From Chlamydiia bacterium (lineage in GTDB: Bacteria; Chlamydiota; Chlamydiia; Chlamydiales; 2-12-FULL-49-11), in the NCBI GenBank assembly GCA_044359535.1, contig JBIKLZ010000001.1, forward strand, positions 1 to 64,000: a DNA stretch of 64,000 nucleotides, given 5' to 3'. A model generated the notes under the pieces. It saw only the letters and a program-made list of their open reading frames with translations, made no database searches and had not been told where the DNA came from. The position numbers were made by a program, and so were the translations under genes. How positions within the stretch are numbered: the first letter of the stretch is position 1; every line of letters begins with the position of its first letter. Shown here one piece after another: positions 38,242 to 47,060 of this stretch.

Positions 38242-38610
38242 GTGTTAGACGAATTAAAAAGAACCATAGAGGCCTTTAAAGAGATCCTTAAAATGAACCT
38301 TCAGGCAAAAGAGCCTTCACATTCAGCGATCATGTTGTGGCTAATTAGGGTGTTTTCGGTGGCCAATGGCTTATTGCAACACGCAGCCACATTAGAGGAT
38401 AAAGGGAAAATTTTTGACCTTATGAAGGGGATGCACCCTTTTTTAGAATCCAATAGAGAGGTCATTAAAAGGAAATTAAAAAATGAAGATATCAAAAATC
38501 CTCAGGAAATTGTGGTTACAATGATCAGTTTTGAAAAACAGACAAGATTGTACTCAAAATTTTTACGGGCAGCAAATAGAGAAAAAGAACGAAAAGTAGT
38601 AAATCAGTAA
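38242..38610 (+). CDS. Hypothetical protein, 122 aa (possible chaperone)
   Basis: GTG start immediately after the previous stop, with GGGAG upstream; amphipathic helices. Confidence 0.65.
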   Translation: MLDELKRTIEAFKEILKMNLQAKEPSHSAIMLWLIRVFSVANGLLQHAATLEDKGKIFDLMKGMHPFLESNREVIKRKLKNEDIKNPQEIVVTMISFEKQTRLYSKFLRAANREKERKVVNQ

Positions 38611-38652
38611 AAGTAAAAGGGTTATTTTAAGGTAAATAAAAGGAGTAAAGCA

Positions 38653-39690
38653 ATGTCAGATCCAGTAACAGGAAACCAAGGGCAAGATCCAACAGATCCA
38701 ACAGATCCTTACTCAACAGCGGGGATGGCTCAGCAAATAATGCAACAAATTGATCAAATTATTGACGATTTAAAAAAGCACCCTGCCGATATGACCCAAG
38801 CAATCAATGAAGTATTTAATAAAATGCAACAGCTTCAGGGGAACCTTGTGGGGCAATCTTCTGAAACGCAATCAGCAATGACAGTAGCTACAAACGGTAT
38901 TGCAAACTTACAAGCCTATGGAGCTGATAAGGATGGGACCCCTGTCCAAGATATTAATGTCTATACAGGTTTACCGGAAGTAAATGCAGATGGATCAAAA
39001 AAGATGGTCTCTCCAGAAAAAGCCTTTCAAGATGAGTCTACTTTTTTACTGAATAATCCAAATACTCAATATCAATTAGATTCAAGTGGAAAAGCCATTC
39101 AAGCTGTTGGAGCTGATGGAAAACCGATGTTTGATAAAGATGGCAATCCTGTCTTTGAAAAAAATAAGCTCTATACATTTATGCATACAAAAGGAAATGA
39201 GGCAGTTGCAGAACAACTTAAATCTGCTGTGGAAGGATCGATCACCTCACTTTCAGATAAAAATTGCCCTGCAACGTTTTCTGGGGACTCTGGATATACA
39301 ATAGACCCAAAAACAGGGCAGGTAGAGCTTGATGATAAAGGAAACCCTAAAGGAGAGCAAGTCTCTATTACTCAACCGGGTACAGATAGTAAAGGGAATC
39401 CAACTTTAGGGTCTATCGGGAACATGTGGAATAAAGCTGAGCCGGGAACCGATACATCAGGGGGGTCAACAACCCCTAAAACTCCTGATTCTTCGATTTT
39501 AAATGCCTTTCAAAGTGCCATGGGGACCTTAGGGCAAGCTGGAACGGCCTCTTCATCGACCTTGCAAGCCTTTATAAAAGTCTTAACCGATAATTTTACC
39601 GGTTCCCAAGGAAACTTAAACAATGCCCTCAATAAATCGATCTCGTTACTGACAGCAATGGTGAATAATTCTCGACCTGGAGGAGGTTAA
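38653..39690 (+). CDS. Candidate T3SS needle-tip (LcrV-like) or other secreted structural protein
   Basis: AAGGAG RBS; disordered N-terminus, helical termini, central DxxGxP hairpin repeats; C-terminal helix LTDNFTGSQGNLNNALNKSISLLTAMVNN. The ORF is secure; the function is inferred. Confidence 0.5.
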   Translation: MSDPVTGNQGQDPTDPTDPYSTAGMAQQIMQQIDQIIDDLKKHPADMTQAINEVFNKMQQLQGNLVGQSSETQSAMTVATNGIANLQAYGADKDGTPVQDINVYTGLPEVNADGSKKMVSPEKAFQDESTFLLNNPNTQYQLDSSGKAIQAVGADGKPMFDKDGNPVFEKNKLYTFMHTKGNEAVAEQLKSAVEGSITSLSDKNCPATFSGDSGYTIDPKTGQVELDDKGNPKGEQVSITQPGTDSKGNPTLGSIGNMWNKAEPGTDTSGGSTTPKTPDSSILNAFQSAMGTLGQAGTASSSTLQAFIKVLTDNFTGSQGNLNNALNKSISLLTAMVNNSRPGGG

Positions 39691-39747
39691 GTCTTTGCTT
39701 ATCTCTTTGATAATAAATGCGATAGCAAAAAAAGTCTTAATAATATC

Positions 39748-39776
39748 TTGATTTTTTAAGGAAAAACAGGTAAAAT
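39748..39776 (+). promoter_or_regulatory. Putative sigma66 promoter for the 39819-43814 genes
   Basis: TTGATT-17 nt-TAAAAT. Confidence 0.55.
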
Positions 39777-39818
39777 AAAGGTAGGGAAAAAGAACTTTAA
39801 TAAAATAAGGATAAAAAA

Positions 39819-40835
39819 ATGGATTTAGAAGATATACCTAATAATGATCAAAATAGTGTTTCTAATGAGATTGAAAGACAAAAGATTGAGGCAGAACTTA
39901 ACGCTATCAATCACGATAGTGGGGGAAAAACGGTAGATCCAAAAAAGGGATTAGCTGCCGTTATGACAGGATTAGATGCTGTAACTAAAGAGGCTTCTTC
40001 TAAAGAATCAGCCGGGCAGGGTTCAGCAACTGAGGATACTTCGAGTAACCCTTATGCAAGCGATTCTGATTCTGATTCTGGTTCTTACTATGTAACAGAT
40101 CCTTTGGTAGCCTCAATTCTTGCGGGGGTAACAAACCTTACTTCTAAAACAGAACTGATGAAAGCCACCTCTGATATGCAAGAAAAGCTCTCTGATTTAA
40201 CAACAAAGGTAGCACAATCAGGACGTGATTGGATGCAAAACTTTTATCAATATGGACTTGTAGCTTCTGATGGTTCTGCATCAATGGGCTCTTATGATGC
40301 GGGCACCGCCCATAAGCCTGGAGATGTGTCTGTAGTGGATTTTAAAATTGCGAATGGAAAAATTTCCATGAGTATTAATGGAGGGGTGACTTGGGAAACC
40401 CTAGGTCCAGATAGTTTAATTGAGGGGACACCTTCGGATACTTTAATAGCTGCAGCATTTCCTAACTATACCACAAGTGGATTGAATTCTGGCGAGCTTG
40501 CGTACTTATCACAACAATTTTATGATGCAGGGTTTAAAACAGCACAAGGTCCGGTTCAATTTCAAGGGATTCTTATAAATAATGGAACAACCGAAGGGGG
40601 GGGGACAGGTCTTCAAGCAGCATCTAGTGGAGATATGCAAGCTTTAATGAGTCAGTGGTCATATGTTCAACAAACTGCAAACAGTAATAATCAAACCATT
40701 CAAACAACCTCTAATTTACCTACAGCGATGCAATCAAACACAAACTCAGATATTGGTAATAGTACTCAAAGTCGGCAAGGTGTTGAAGGATGTTTGGATA
40801 GTACAGCAAATTTAATTACAGGTTGGACAAGGTAG
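39819..40835 (+). CDS. Putative T3SS-secreted protein, paralogue A (Asp-box-like motif)
   Basis: Ser/Thr/Gln/Asn/Gly-rich; motif-level identity to 40845..41774; SINGGVTW. Confidence 0.65.
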   Translation: MDLEDIPNNDQNSVSNEIERQKIEAELNAINHDSGGKTVDPKKGLAAVMTGLDAVTKEASSKESAGQGSATEDTSSNPYASDSDSDSGSYYVTDPLVASILAGVTNLTSKTELMKATSDMQEKLSDLTTKVAQSGRDWMQNFYQYGLVASDGSASMGSYDAGTAHKPGDVSVVDFKIANGKISMSINGGVTWETLGPDSLIEGTPSDTLIAAAFPNYTTSGLNSGELAYLSQQFYDAGFKTAQGPVQFQGILINNGTTEGGGTGLQAASSGDMQALMSQWSYVQQTANSNNQTIQTTSNLPTAMQSNTNSDIGNSTQSRQGVEGCLDSTANLITGWTR

Positions 40836-40844
40836 GGGGTCTTT

Positions 40845-41774
40845 ATGAGTGATAATTTAGGTATAAACTCCGATGGAGTGAATAATAGTGTTCCTTCTCA
40901 AGATGTCGATTCTACAAAAAAATCTTTAAAAGGGGTCGATCCGAAAGTAGCCCATGCAGCCGTTGTTTCAGGGTTAGAAAACGCAATTGATACAGCACAG
41001 TCAGAAAGCAAGACTTCCCATGCAATGCCTGCCCTTATGGCAGTGATTGAGGCATCGCAAAAATCTCAAGATGCAGGGAATGAAATTATTACAAGTCTCT
41101 CATCCATGGCAAATCAGATCGTGGAAGTGACCACAAAAGCCACTACTGAAGGGGTGCAGTGGGCCAATAACTACTATAATTATGGACTTTCTACCGCCCA
41201 ATCTGACCCTTCACAAGGGATTGGTCAATGGTCTAAAGGGACAGATCTTCCGGCAGGACCGATCACAGTAAATATGAAAATTGAGGGGGGAAACTACTAC
41301 ATGAGTATTGATGGGGGAAAAACCTACAAAAATATTGGGGCTATTATGCGTGGAGATGATGGATTTGTAGCTCCCCCTCCTCAATCTGAAATTGATGCTG
41401 CCTTCCCTGGGTATACATGGCCTACAGATCCAAAACTTGTGAATGAAAATAAGGCAAGCACATACTGGCATTCTGGAACAGGATGTCAGGGGGATGATCA
41501 AGTTTTCACAATGACTATTGAGGCTCCCGATAGAACCACAGGGGGGACAGGGATTGCTGGTGGAGCTCCTGATGACATGAATGATAAGTTAAATCAGTAC
41601 TCTTATATACAAAATGTTAATAGTGAAGTAAATACTGCAAATCAAACCCTTTCAGCCCTTCCAGGGGCTCTTGAAAATACCATTGTCACTTCAATCAATC
41701 AAGGGAACAGCAATGCAAAAGATATCCTTAACGCCCAAGATCAGCTTGGGAATATGATACAAAACGCAGGGTAA
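40845..41774 (+). CDS. Putative T3SS-secreted protein, paralogue B (Asp-box motif)
   Basis: Shares VDPK..AAV..GL, W..N.Y.YGL, MSI.GG.T, AAFP.YT, GGTG and Q.SY.Q with 39819..40835. Confidence 0.65.
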   Translation: MSDNLGINSDGVNNSVPSQDVDSTKKSLKGVDPKVAHAAVVSGLENAIDTAQSESKTSHAMPALMAVIEASQKSQDAGNEIITSLSSMANQIVEVTTKATTEGVQWANNYYNYGLSTAQSDPSQGIGQWSKGTDLPAGPITVNMKIEGGNYYMSIDGGKTYKNIGAIMRGDDGFVAPPPQSEIDAAFPGYTWPTDPKLVNENKASTYWHSGTGCQGDDQVFTMTIEAPDRTTGGTGIAGGAPDDMNDKLNQYSYIQNVNSEVNTANQTLSALPGALENTIVTSINQGNSNAKDILNAQDQLGNMIQNAG

Positions 41775-41795
41775 TTAAACAAGGGAGGAGGGGCT

Positions 41796-43814
41796 ATGGG
41801 TGATGATAAAATACAAAGAGCAGATAACGTAGGTGAAGACGCTTACGTATATAACGACCTTGTTCAAGATGGGGTGGAAAAGAATAAAAAAAAGACAAAC
41901 GCCCTTCTTTCGGGGTTAGAGCAGGTTGTGATGGGATCAATGGAAGAAAGTGAAGGGAAAACGCCATCAAAAGCTCTAAAGCTCCTTCAAAAGGACCCAG
42001 TACAATTTGCCGATCTTTTCAAAAGTTCAAATAAAACCGATCAAGATGAGGCTTTTAAAGCTATTGGAGCCTATGTAGCTTCTACAAAAGGGAGCGACAC
42101 AAAAAATTTAAGGGTTATGCTACAAGAGCTGATCAAGGGGACCCCTCAAGAAAAGAAGGGGGCTGAATTTGTTAAAATTGCTGAAGAGATGTTTGATACA
42201 TTTGCTAAAGGGGTGGATACAGGTCAGGTTTCTTTAGATGAGGCTTGTTGCTCCCAACAAATTCAAGCATTTTCTTTAGAGCTGATGAATACAAAGCATG
42301 GGGAAACCTCTACAGGGATAAAAAATGCATTAACCTCCCTTTTTCAAGGGAAAAAGATTGACGATGATTTTGTTGGAAAAGTGGTCGATCTTTCTGTTAA
42401 AGCCTCTGTGAGCAAGACAAAAGAAGGGGATGACATTATAAAAACCCTTACTTCAAATCAGGGTATAAAAGCGTTATATAATGCTAAAGGGGGGGATCCA
42501 TCGATAGATTCATTGTCTAAAACAGTGCCTTCTTCAAATGTCGGTGGTTCCTATGTGAACGCAATGATGTCGCTAGCGGCAGCCTTAGTAGCCCTTTTAG
42601 CAAATGTGTGTAATGCAGAAACCTCAGCAAGTGATATTGGGTCAAAAATTTCTCAAAAGCAAGGGGAAAATGCTGAATCGATTGCAAAAAATAATATCAA
42701 TGCCCTTCAAACTCAGTTGCAGGCTCAAGCCGATGCAAGCAAGCAACCTTGGTATATGTATTTAATTGCCGGTGTTTTAGCTCTTGCCGGTGCTGTGGCA
42801 ACATTTTTTACAGCAGGAGCGGCCGGTGCTGCTGTTGCTTTAATCATTGGGGCAGTTATGGCTTCACCAGCTGGAAGTAGTATCACTGGAGGGTTATCAA
42901 AAGCCTTAGGGGGAGATAATGCCGGTCCTGGGGCTCAGGCGGGAGCCACTGCAATTGTTGCTGCAATCACAACCATTTTGAGCTTAGGGGCGGGAGGGTT
43001 TACTTCTGCAACAGAGGCAGCTGAAACAGGTCTTGAACAAGGGGTAGATGCTGCAGGGGATGCTGCAGGGGCAGCTGCTAAGGGTGGAGGACAAGTTGCT
43101 GAGGATGCAACAGCAGCAGCCCAGGTGGGTGATGAGGCAGCAGATGCTTCAGGAAATGAGGCTGAGGAGACGGTAAGCAAGATATCCAAACTTACTGAGA
43201 AAATTAAAAAGGGTTTTAATCAGAAGTGGGATAACGGAGCTTTTACAAAAGGGATTGTTAAGAGGGGAATAGGGACCTATCTTCAAGGGTTTTTAGGTAC
43301 TGGGGGACTAACAGAGTCTGCTGAAGCAATTGCTACTGCTGTAAAGCCAGATATTCTTAATGATAGTAACTGGGCTCTTGCCATTGCTATTACCGGGGCA
43401 GTCATCTCTTTTGCTGGAGGGCTTGTTTCTGCTACTAAATTAACGGGTGCTGGGGTTGAAGAAAGGGCTAACTATTTATCACAGAAAGATCTTGTGGATA
43501 GCATTTTAAAATATACAAAGCCAATAGAAGTATCTGTAAGGGTAATAGAGGCCTCTGGAGCTTTAGCTCAAGGGGGGCTTAATATTGACCAAGGGTTTCA
43601 AGAGATGCATGTCTCTGATTTACAAAGACAAACAGCGTTAACACAGTCTGCATTAGAAATGCAGAAATCTGTTCAACAACAGGCTTTAAATTCTAATAGC
43701 GATATAAATAAGGCCTACACAGATATGGTGGATAATGTAAATAAAGCTGTTAATGAGGCAGAAGGGGCCATTGGGGTAGAGGAGCAAAATACAAAAAAGG
43801 CAATTTCTAAATAG
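41796..43814 (+). CDS. Major T3SS translocator, CopB/YopB/SseC-like (SctE)
   Basis: Coiled coil followed by a long Ala/Gly-rich hydrophobic region (WYMYLIAGVLALAGAVATFFTAGAAGAAVALIIGAVMA...), and a C-terminal coiled coil. Confidence 0.78.
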   Translation: MGDDKIQRADNVGEDAYVYNDLVQDGVEKNKKKTNALLSGLEQVVMGSMEESEGKTPSKALKLLQKDPVQFADLFKSSNKTDQDEAFKAIGAYVASTKGSDTKNLRVMLQELIKGTPQEKKGAEFVKIAEEMFDTFAKGVDTGQVSLDEACCSQQIQAFSLELMNTKHGETSTGIKNALTSLFQGKKIDDDFVGKVVDLSVKASVSKTKEGDDIIKTLTSNQGIKALYNAKGGDPSIDSLSKTVPSSNVGGSYVNAMMSLAAALVALLANVCNAETSASDIGSKISQKQGENAESIAKNNINALQTQLQAQADASKQPWYMYLIAGVLALAGAVATFFTAGAAGAAVALIIGAVMASPAGSSITGGLSKALGGDNAGPGAQAGATAIVAAITTILSLGAGGFTSATEAAETGLEQGVDAAGDAAGAAAKGGGQVAEDATAAAQVGDEAADASGNEAEETVSKISKLTEKIKKGFNQKWDNGAFTKGIVKRGIGTYLQGFLGTGGLTESAEAIATAVKPDILNDSNWALAIAITGAVISFAGGLVSATKLTGAGVEERANYLSQKDLVDSILKYTKPIEVSVRVIEASGALAQGGLNIDQGFQEMHVSDLQRQTALTQSALEMQKSVQQQALNSNSDINKAYTDMVDNVNKAVNEAEGAIGVEEQNTKKAISK

Positions 43815-43830
43815 GAATAAATAATAATAG

Positions 43831-43859
43831 TTGAAAATCAATAATAAATATGTTATAAT
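43831..43859 (+). promoter_or_regulatory. Near-consensus sigma66 promoter for the CopD-like gene
   Basis: TTGAAA-17 nt-TATAAT with a TG extended -10 element. Confidence 0.65.
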
Positions 43860-43902
43860 TATATTAGGGAATAATGTAGTTGTTATAAAAAAGGGGTAAA
43901 AT

Positions 43903-45111
43903 ATGTCTTCAACAAATCAAGTAAACGGGTCCGTTCAGCCAAATCCAAATGATCCAACACAAGGGGGATCAGATACTGTGGACAACAAAAAAATTGCAGC
44001 AAAGCTTCAAGGGATCTCTGCTGCTATGGGTTCAGTAAATGATCAAGGGACAACAGGGGGTCAAACTACTGGGGGGACTGAGAATGTATCGATCAACGGA
44101 CAAGTGTACGTTATAGATTATATCCCATTTAAAGCCTTTTTAGAGCAGCTAAAACAGCGTCTTGAGCAGACGTTGACAAGTATTGATATTCAAAAGATGC
44201 AAGTAGCCTCATACATTGGAGACACAGTCAATCAAGATGGGTCGGTCTCTACATCAAGTAATGGAGGGATTATGGGGCAAATTTGTGCAGCAATTATTGC
44301 TGGAGGGGATGCTCAAGCCCAACAAACAATGAATCAGTCGATACAGAGTTTATCTCAAGCAGGAACTCAAATTGCTGGAGGGATATTTGTTGAAGCTGCC
44401 CAAGGGAATTCTAAAAAAGAACAAGATACAGTAGACAAAACGCAAAATGCCATCGATGCGTTAGATAAAATTCCTGCTCAAGGAACTAAAGATCCAAATA
44501 CTCAAACAAGAACAAACAATAATAACCAAACACTGTCTGATGAAGATAGTGAATCTCTAGAAAGTGCAATTAATGATTTAAAAAATGGAACATTGGATTT
44601 TTCTAAGGAAGACACAACATTTGGATCAAAGGTTGTGAAAGATCAAAAAAACAAAACTACAATTCAAAAACAAACACAAGCCGAACTTGAGGGTGATCAA
44701 ACTAAAGTCAATGGAGAAAACGACGACTCACCTACAGTATATGAGACATTGCTAAATTCAACCCCAGAGGAAAAACAACAAATTAAAACGGCGCTGACAA
44801 AACAACTTAATAAGGCAAAAGATAAACTGGAAAAAAAACAAGAAACAAATAGAAATACAAGGGAGAGCTATCGAAGGATTGTTGAAGCTGCAGGAATGGC
44901 TACTGGGGGAGGGGTGACGATGCTTAATGCTGCAGCAACCAGAGAAAAAGCTAGCCAAGATGCCGCTCAAACTCAGGCTCAAAGTGTGGATTCTACTGCA
45001 AAATCAATGATGAGTACAAACGATGCAAGCACAACCGATAGACGAGCAGATATTAAGTCAACCTTGGATGCTTTACAGTCTCTTATTGATGCAGTCAATA
45101 GAAGGACATAA
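43903..45111 (+). CDS. Minor T3SS translocator, CopD/YopD-like (SctB)
   Basis: Directly after the CopB-like gene; AAIIAGGDAQAQQTMNQSIQSLSQAGTQIAGGIFV segment, coiled coil, amphipathic C-terminal helix IKSTLDALQSL. Confidence 0.68.
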   Translation: MSSTNQVNGSVQPNPNDPTQGGSDTVDNKKIAAKLQGISAAMGSVNDQGTTGGQTTGGTENVSINGQVYVIDYIPFKAFLEQLKQRLEQTLTSIDIQKMQVASYIGDTVNQDGSVSTSSNGGIMGQICAAIIAGGDAQAQQTMNQSIQSLSQAGTQIAGGIFVEAAQGNSKKEQDTVDKTQNAIDALDKIPAQGTKDPNTQTRTNNNNQTLSDEDSESLESAINDLKNGTLDFSKEDTTFGSKVVKDQKNKTTIQKQTQAELEGDQTKVNGENDDSPTVYETLLNSTPEEKQQIKTALTKQLNKAKDKLEKKQETNRNTRESYRRIVEAAGMATGGGVTMLNAAATREKASQDAAQTQAQSVDSTAKSMMSTNDASTTDRRADIKSTLDALQSLIDAVNRRT

Positions 45112-45120
45112 GGTCGATTT

Positions 45121-45157
45121 AAAAAGGCGCTAGGGATGTTCCTGGCGCTTTTTTTTA
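45121..45157. terminator. Bidirectional intrinsic terminator between the CopD-like gene and clpX
   Basis: AAAAAGGCGCTAGG-loop-CCTGGCGCTTTTTTTT hairpin between convergent genes. Confidence 0.8.
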
Positions 45158-46390
45158 TGAAGTTTTTTCCTTTGCCACTCTATGAATAATAGGGGGGCTT
45201 TTTCCTTCTATACATCCTTTATCAATGATGATTTCAGAGACCTCGTCATCAGAAGGGACCTCGTACATCAAATCAATTAAGGTGTTTTCAACAATCATTT
45301 TCAAAGCACGTGCACCGGTCCCTGCTTCTTTAGCTTTGACAGCAATGGACTCAAGGGCCTCATCGGTAAAGGAGAGGGACACATTGTCTTCAGCAAAGAG
45401 ATTTTTATACTGCTCAATGATAGAATTTTTTGGCTTTGTTAAAATTTCCATTAGATCATGGATAGAAAGCTCATTACAGCTTGCTATGGAGTTAAAACGT
45501 CCCACAAATTCTGGGATAAGGCCATATTTGACAAGGTCTCCTGTTTCAACTTTTGAAAGGAGGTAATTAAGTTCATTGATATCAAAATGTTTGTTTGCAG
45601 GATTTTCTTCAAAGCCAATAGTTCCCTTTCCAAGACGCTTTGAAATAATTCCAGGGAGGTGGACAAAAGCCCCACCGACGATGAATAAGATATTTTCTGT
45701 GTTTACTTTGATATACTCTTGATTTGGGTGCTTTCTCCCCCCTTTTGGAGGAACGTTTGCAATAGTCCCTTCAACAATTTTTAAAAGAGCTTGCTGAACC
45801 CCTTCCCCAGAGACATCTCGTGTGATAGAGACATTAGATGTGGTCTTTCCAATTTTGTCAATTTCATCGACATAAATAATCCCTTGTTCAGCTCGAGCAA
45901 TATCGTAGTCAGCATTTTGAACAAGTCTTAAGATGATGTTTTCAACATCCTCCCCAACATAGCCAGCTTCTGTAAGGGTTGTTGCATCCACAATTGCAAA
46001 AGGGACGTCGATAGAATCAGCTAAAATCCGAGCAAGCAAGGTTTTTCCAGATCCTGTGGGGCCTAAAAGAAGGACGTTAGATTTTGTATAAGAAGGGGAC
46101 CCCTCTTTATGATGAGCGCGGATCCTTTTATAGTGGTTGTAGACAGCGACAGCAAGGGTCTTTTTTGCAACAGATTGGCCAATGATATGTTGATTGAGTT
46201 TATCGACAATTTCTTTAGGTTTTAAACATTTCATCTCATGTTTTGTCGTTTTTTTTGAAATGATATCGACACAAAGGCGGACACATTTATCGCAAATGTA
46301 TGCATTGGGGCCAGATATTAATTTTTCAACACTATCTTCTGGCCTAGAACAAAAGGAACATTTTGCATTTTCTTCGTTACTTCCCGACAT
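45155..46390 (-). CDS. clpX: ATP-dependent Clp protease ATP-binding subunit ClpX
   Basis: CSFC...CDKC zinc domain, [28 protein letters not shown]. Confidence 0.98.
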   Translation of the reverse strand: MSGSNEENAKCSFCSRPEDSVEKLISGPNAYICDKCVRLCVDIISKKTTKHEMKCLKPKEIVDKLNQHIIGQSVAKKTLAVAVYNHYKRIRAHHKEGSPSYTKSNVLLLGPTGSGKTLLARILADSIDVPFAIVDATTLTEAGYVGEDVENIILRLVQNADYDIARAEQGIIYVDEIDKIGKTTSNVSITRDVSGEGVQQALLKIVEGTIANVPPKGGRKHPNQEYIKVNTENILFIVGGAFVHLPGIISKRLGKGTIGFEENPANKHFDINELNYLLSKVETGDLVKYGLIPEFVGRFNSIASCNELSIHDLMEILTKPKNSIIEQYKNLFAEDNVSLSFTDEALESIAVKAKEAGTGARALKMIVENTLIDLMYEVPSDDEVSEIIIDKGCIEGKSPPIIHRVAKEKTS

Positions 46391-46994
46391 GTTTTTCCTC
46401 TACTGGGGTACTATTTTGAAGGCCGATGACTGTATCGATGAGCCCATAAGCTTTTGCCTCTTGAGCGCTCATGTAGTAATCTCTATCAGAATCTTTATGA
46501 ATTTGCTCAGGGGTTTGTCCTGTATTGCGAGATAAAATATTTGTTAAACTGTGCTTGAGGTAGAGGATCTCTTTTGCTTGAAGCTCGATGTCAGCAGAGG
46601 TCCCACCGACAGCTCCAGCGGGTTGATGGATCATAATTCTGCTATTTGGGAGGGCAAAACGCTTCCCAGGAGTTCCGCTAGAAAGCAATACCGCAGCCAT
46701 CGAGGCAGCCATCCCTATGCAGTAAGTATAGACATCACACTCTAAATATTTCATCGTATCGTAAATAGCAAGCCCTGCAGATATGACCCCTCCAGGAGAG
46801 TTGATGTAAATGCTGATAGGCTTTTTTGGATCTGTGGCTCTAAGATAGATGAGTTGAGAAATAATATGATTTGCAAGGGTATCATTGATTTCTTCCCCAA
46901 TAAAAATGATCCGATCCTGCAAGAGTCTCGACATAATATCCATGGTTTTATCACCACGAGCGGTTTCTTCTACTACGTAAAGGGGGTATGCCAT
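46377..46994 (-). CDS. clpP: Clp protease proteolytic subunit (ClpP2 type)
   Basis: [31 protein letters not shown]; lies in the tig-clpP-clpX operon. Confidence 0.97.
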   Translation of the reverse strand: MAYPLYVVEETARGDKTMDIMSRLLQDRIIFIGEEINDTLANHIISQLIYLRATDPKKPISIYINSPGGVISAGLAIYDTMKYLECDVYTYCIGMAASMAAVLLSSGTPGKRFALPNSRIMIHQPAGAVGGTSADIELQAKEILYLKHSLTNILSRNTGQTPEQIHKDSDRDYYMSAQEAKAYGLIDTVIGLQNSTPVEEKHVGK

Positions 46995-47060
46995 AAATGA
47001 TCCTCATTTTTGTGTTAATCTACTAGTTATAGCGTGGCTACCCCTAGTGAGTCAAGAGAT

